From: Bacilli bacterium
GTDB taxonomy: Bacteria > Bacillota_I > Bacilli_A > RFN20 > CAG-288
Direction of reading: 5' to 3'
Assembly: GCA_900763245.1 (NCBI GenBank)
Contig: CAAFJQ010000049.1
Location: forward strand, 1-34,739
Length of the DNA: 34,739 nucleotides
Under the pieces are notes generated by a model, which did no database searches, had not been told where the DNA came from, and was given only the letters and a program-made list of their open reading frames with translations. Each line of letters begins with the position of its first letter. Position 1 is the first letter of the stretch. Positions 34,651 through 34,739 of this stretch are shown piece after piece. The position numbers and the translations under genes are program-made.

Positions 34651-34739
34651 TTTTTTGAAACATTGACTTGTTTTTCTCATCCTTCAAGCGAGAAATCAAT
34701 CATTGAAAATTTCATTTGTTCATCGTTCGGAGTTAATAA

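Noticed and set aside
1-34739. CRISPR arrays, rRNA genes, IS elements or transposases
   Set aside because: Reading through the intergenic regions, I saw no regularly spaced direct repeats, rRNA-like segments, DDE or serine/tyrosine recombinase ORFs, or terminal inverted repeats. This was a by-eye scan, not an exhaustive computation.

Overview
The window looks like a chromosomal segment of a low-GC Gram-positive bacterium, possibly Erysipelotrichia-like, though this taxonomic guess comes only from protein flavour. It uses the standard genetic code, with TAA, TAG and TGA all serving as stops. Most of the content is housekeeping. This includes the complete heat-shock operon hrcA-grpE-dnaK-dnaJ with CIRCE operators, trmB, pepV, coaX, comEA-comEC, greA and nfo. 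It also includes a PgcA-like phosphosugar mutase, a Cof-type HAD hydrolase, an RluA-family pseudouridine synthase, and a stand-alone tRNA-Ser(GGA) with its own promoter and terminator. An ApbE / NusG-domain-II / Gx-transporter cluster and an SPFH protein are present too. The accessory or unusual content has six parts. (1) A roughly 2.1-kb islet at 3.1-5.2 kb carries an AbiL-like candidate defence pair: an ABC-type AAA ATPase plus an RloB/Toprim-like protein. The RloB gene is split by a 1-nt frameshift in an A6 run. (2) A four-gene, translationally coupled operon runs from rluA-like into three uncharacterised genes: two polytopic membrane proteins and a soluble protein with an internal duplication. 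(3) A decayed ComEC-type MBL-fold gene has two in-frame TAA stops. (4) A cls-bsh operon is followed by an SDR gene, a possible bile-response or bile-acid module. (5) Two large Big_2 surface proteins are present. One is fused to a VanZ-like membrane domain. The other is a Bsn/Endonuclease-I-type secreted nuclease followed by a coupled small acidic protein. The two genes share a 12-nt upstream motif. (6) A -10 box recurs 6-9 nt upstream of ATGs that lack a Shine-Dalgarno sequence, suggesting leaderless mRNAs. I saw no rRNA, CRISPR array, transposase or integrase. All calls rest on reading motifs by eye, and no database search was run.
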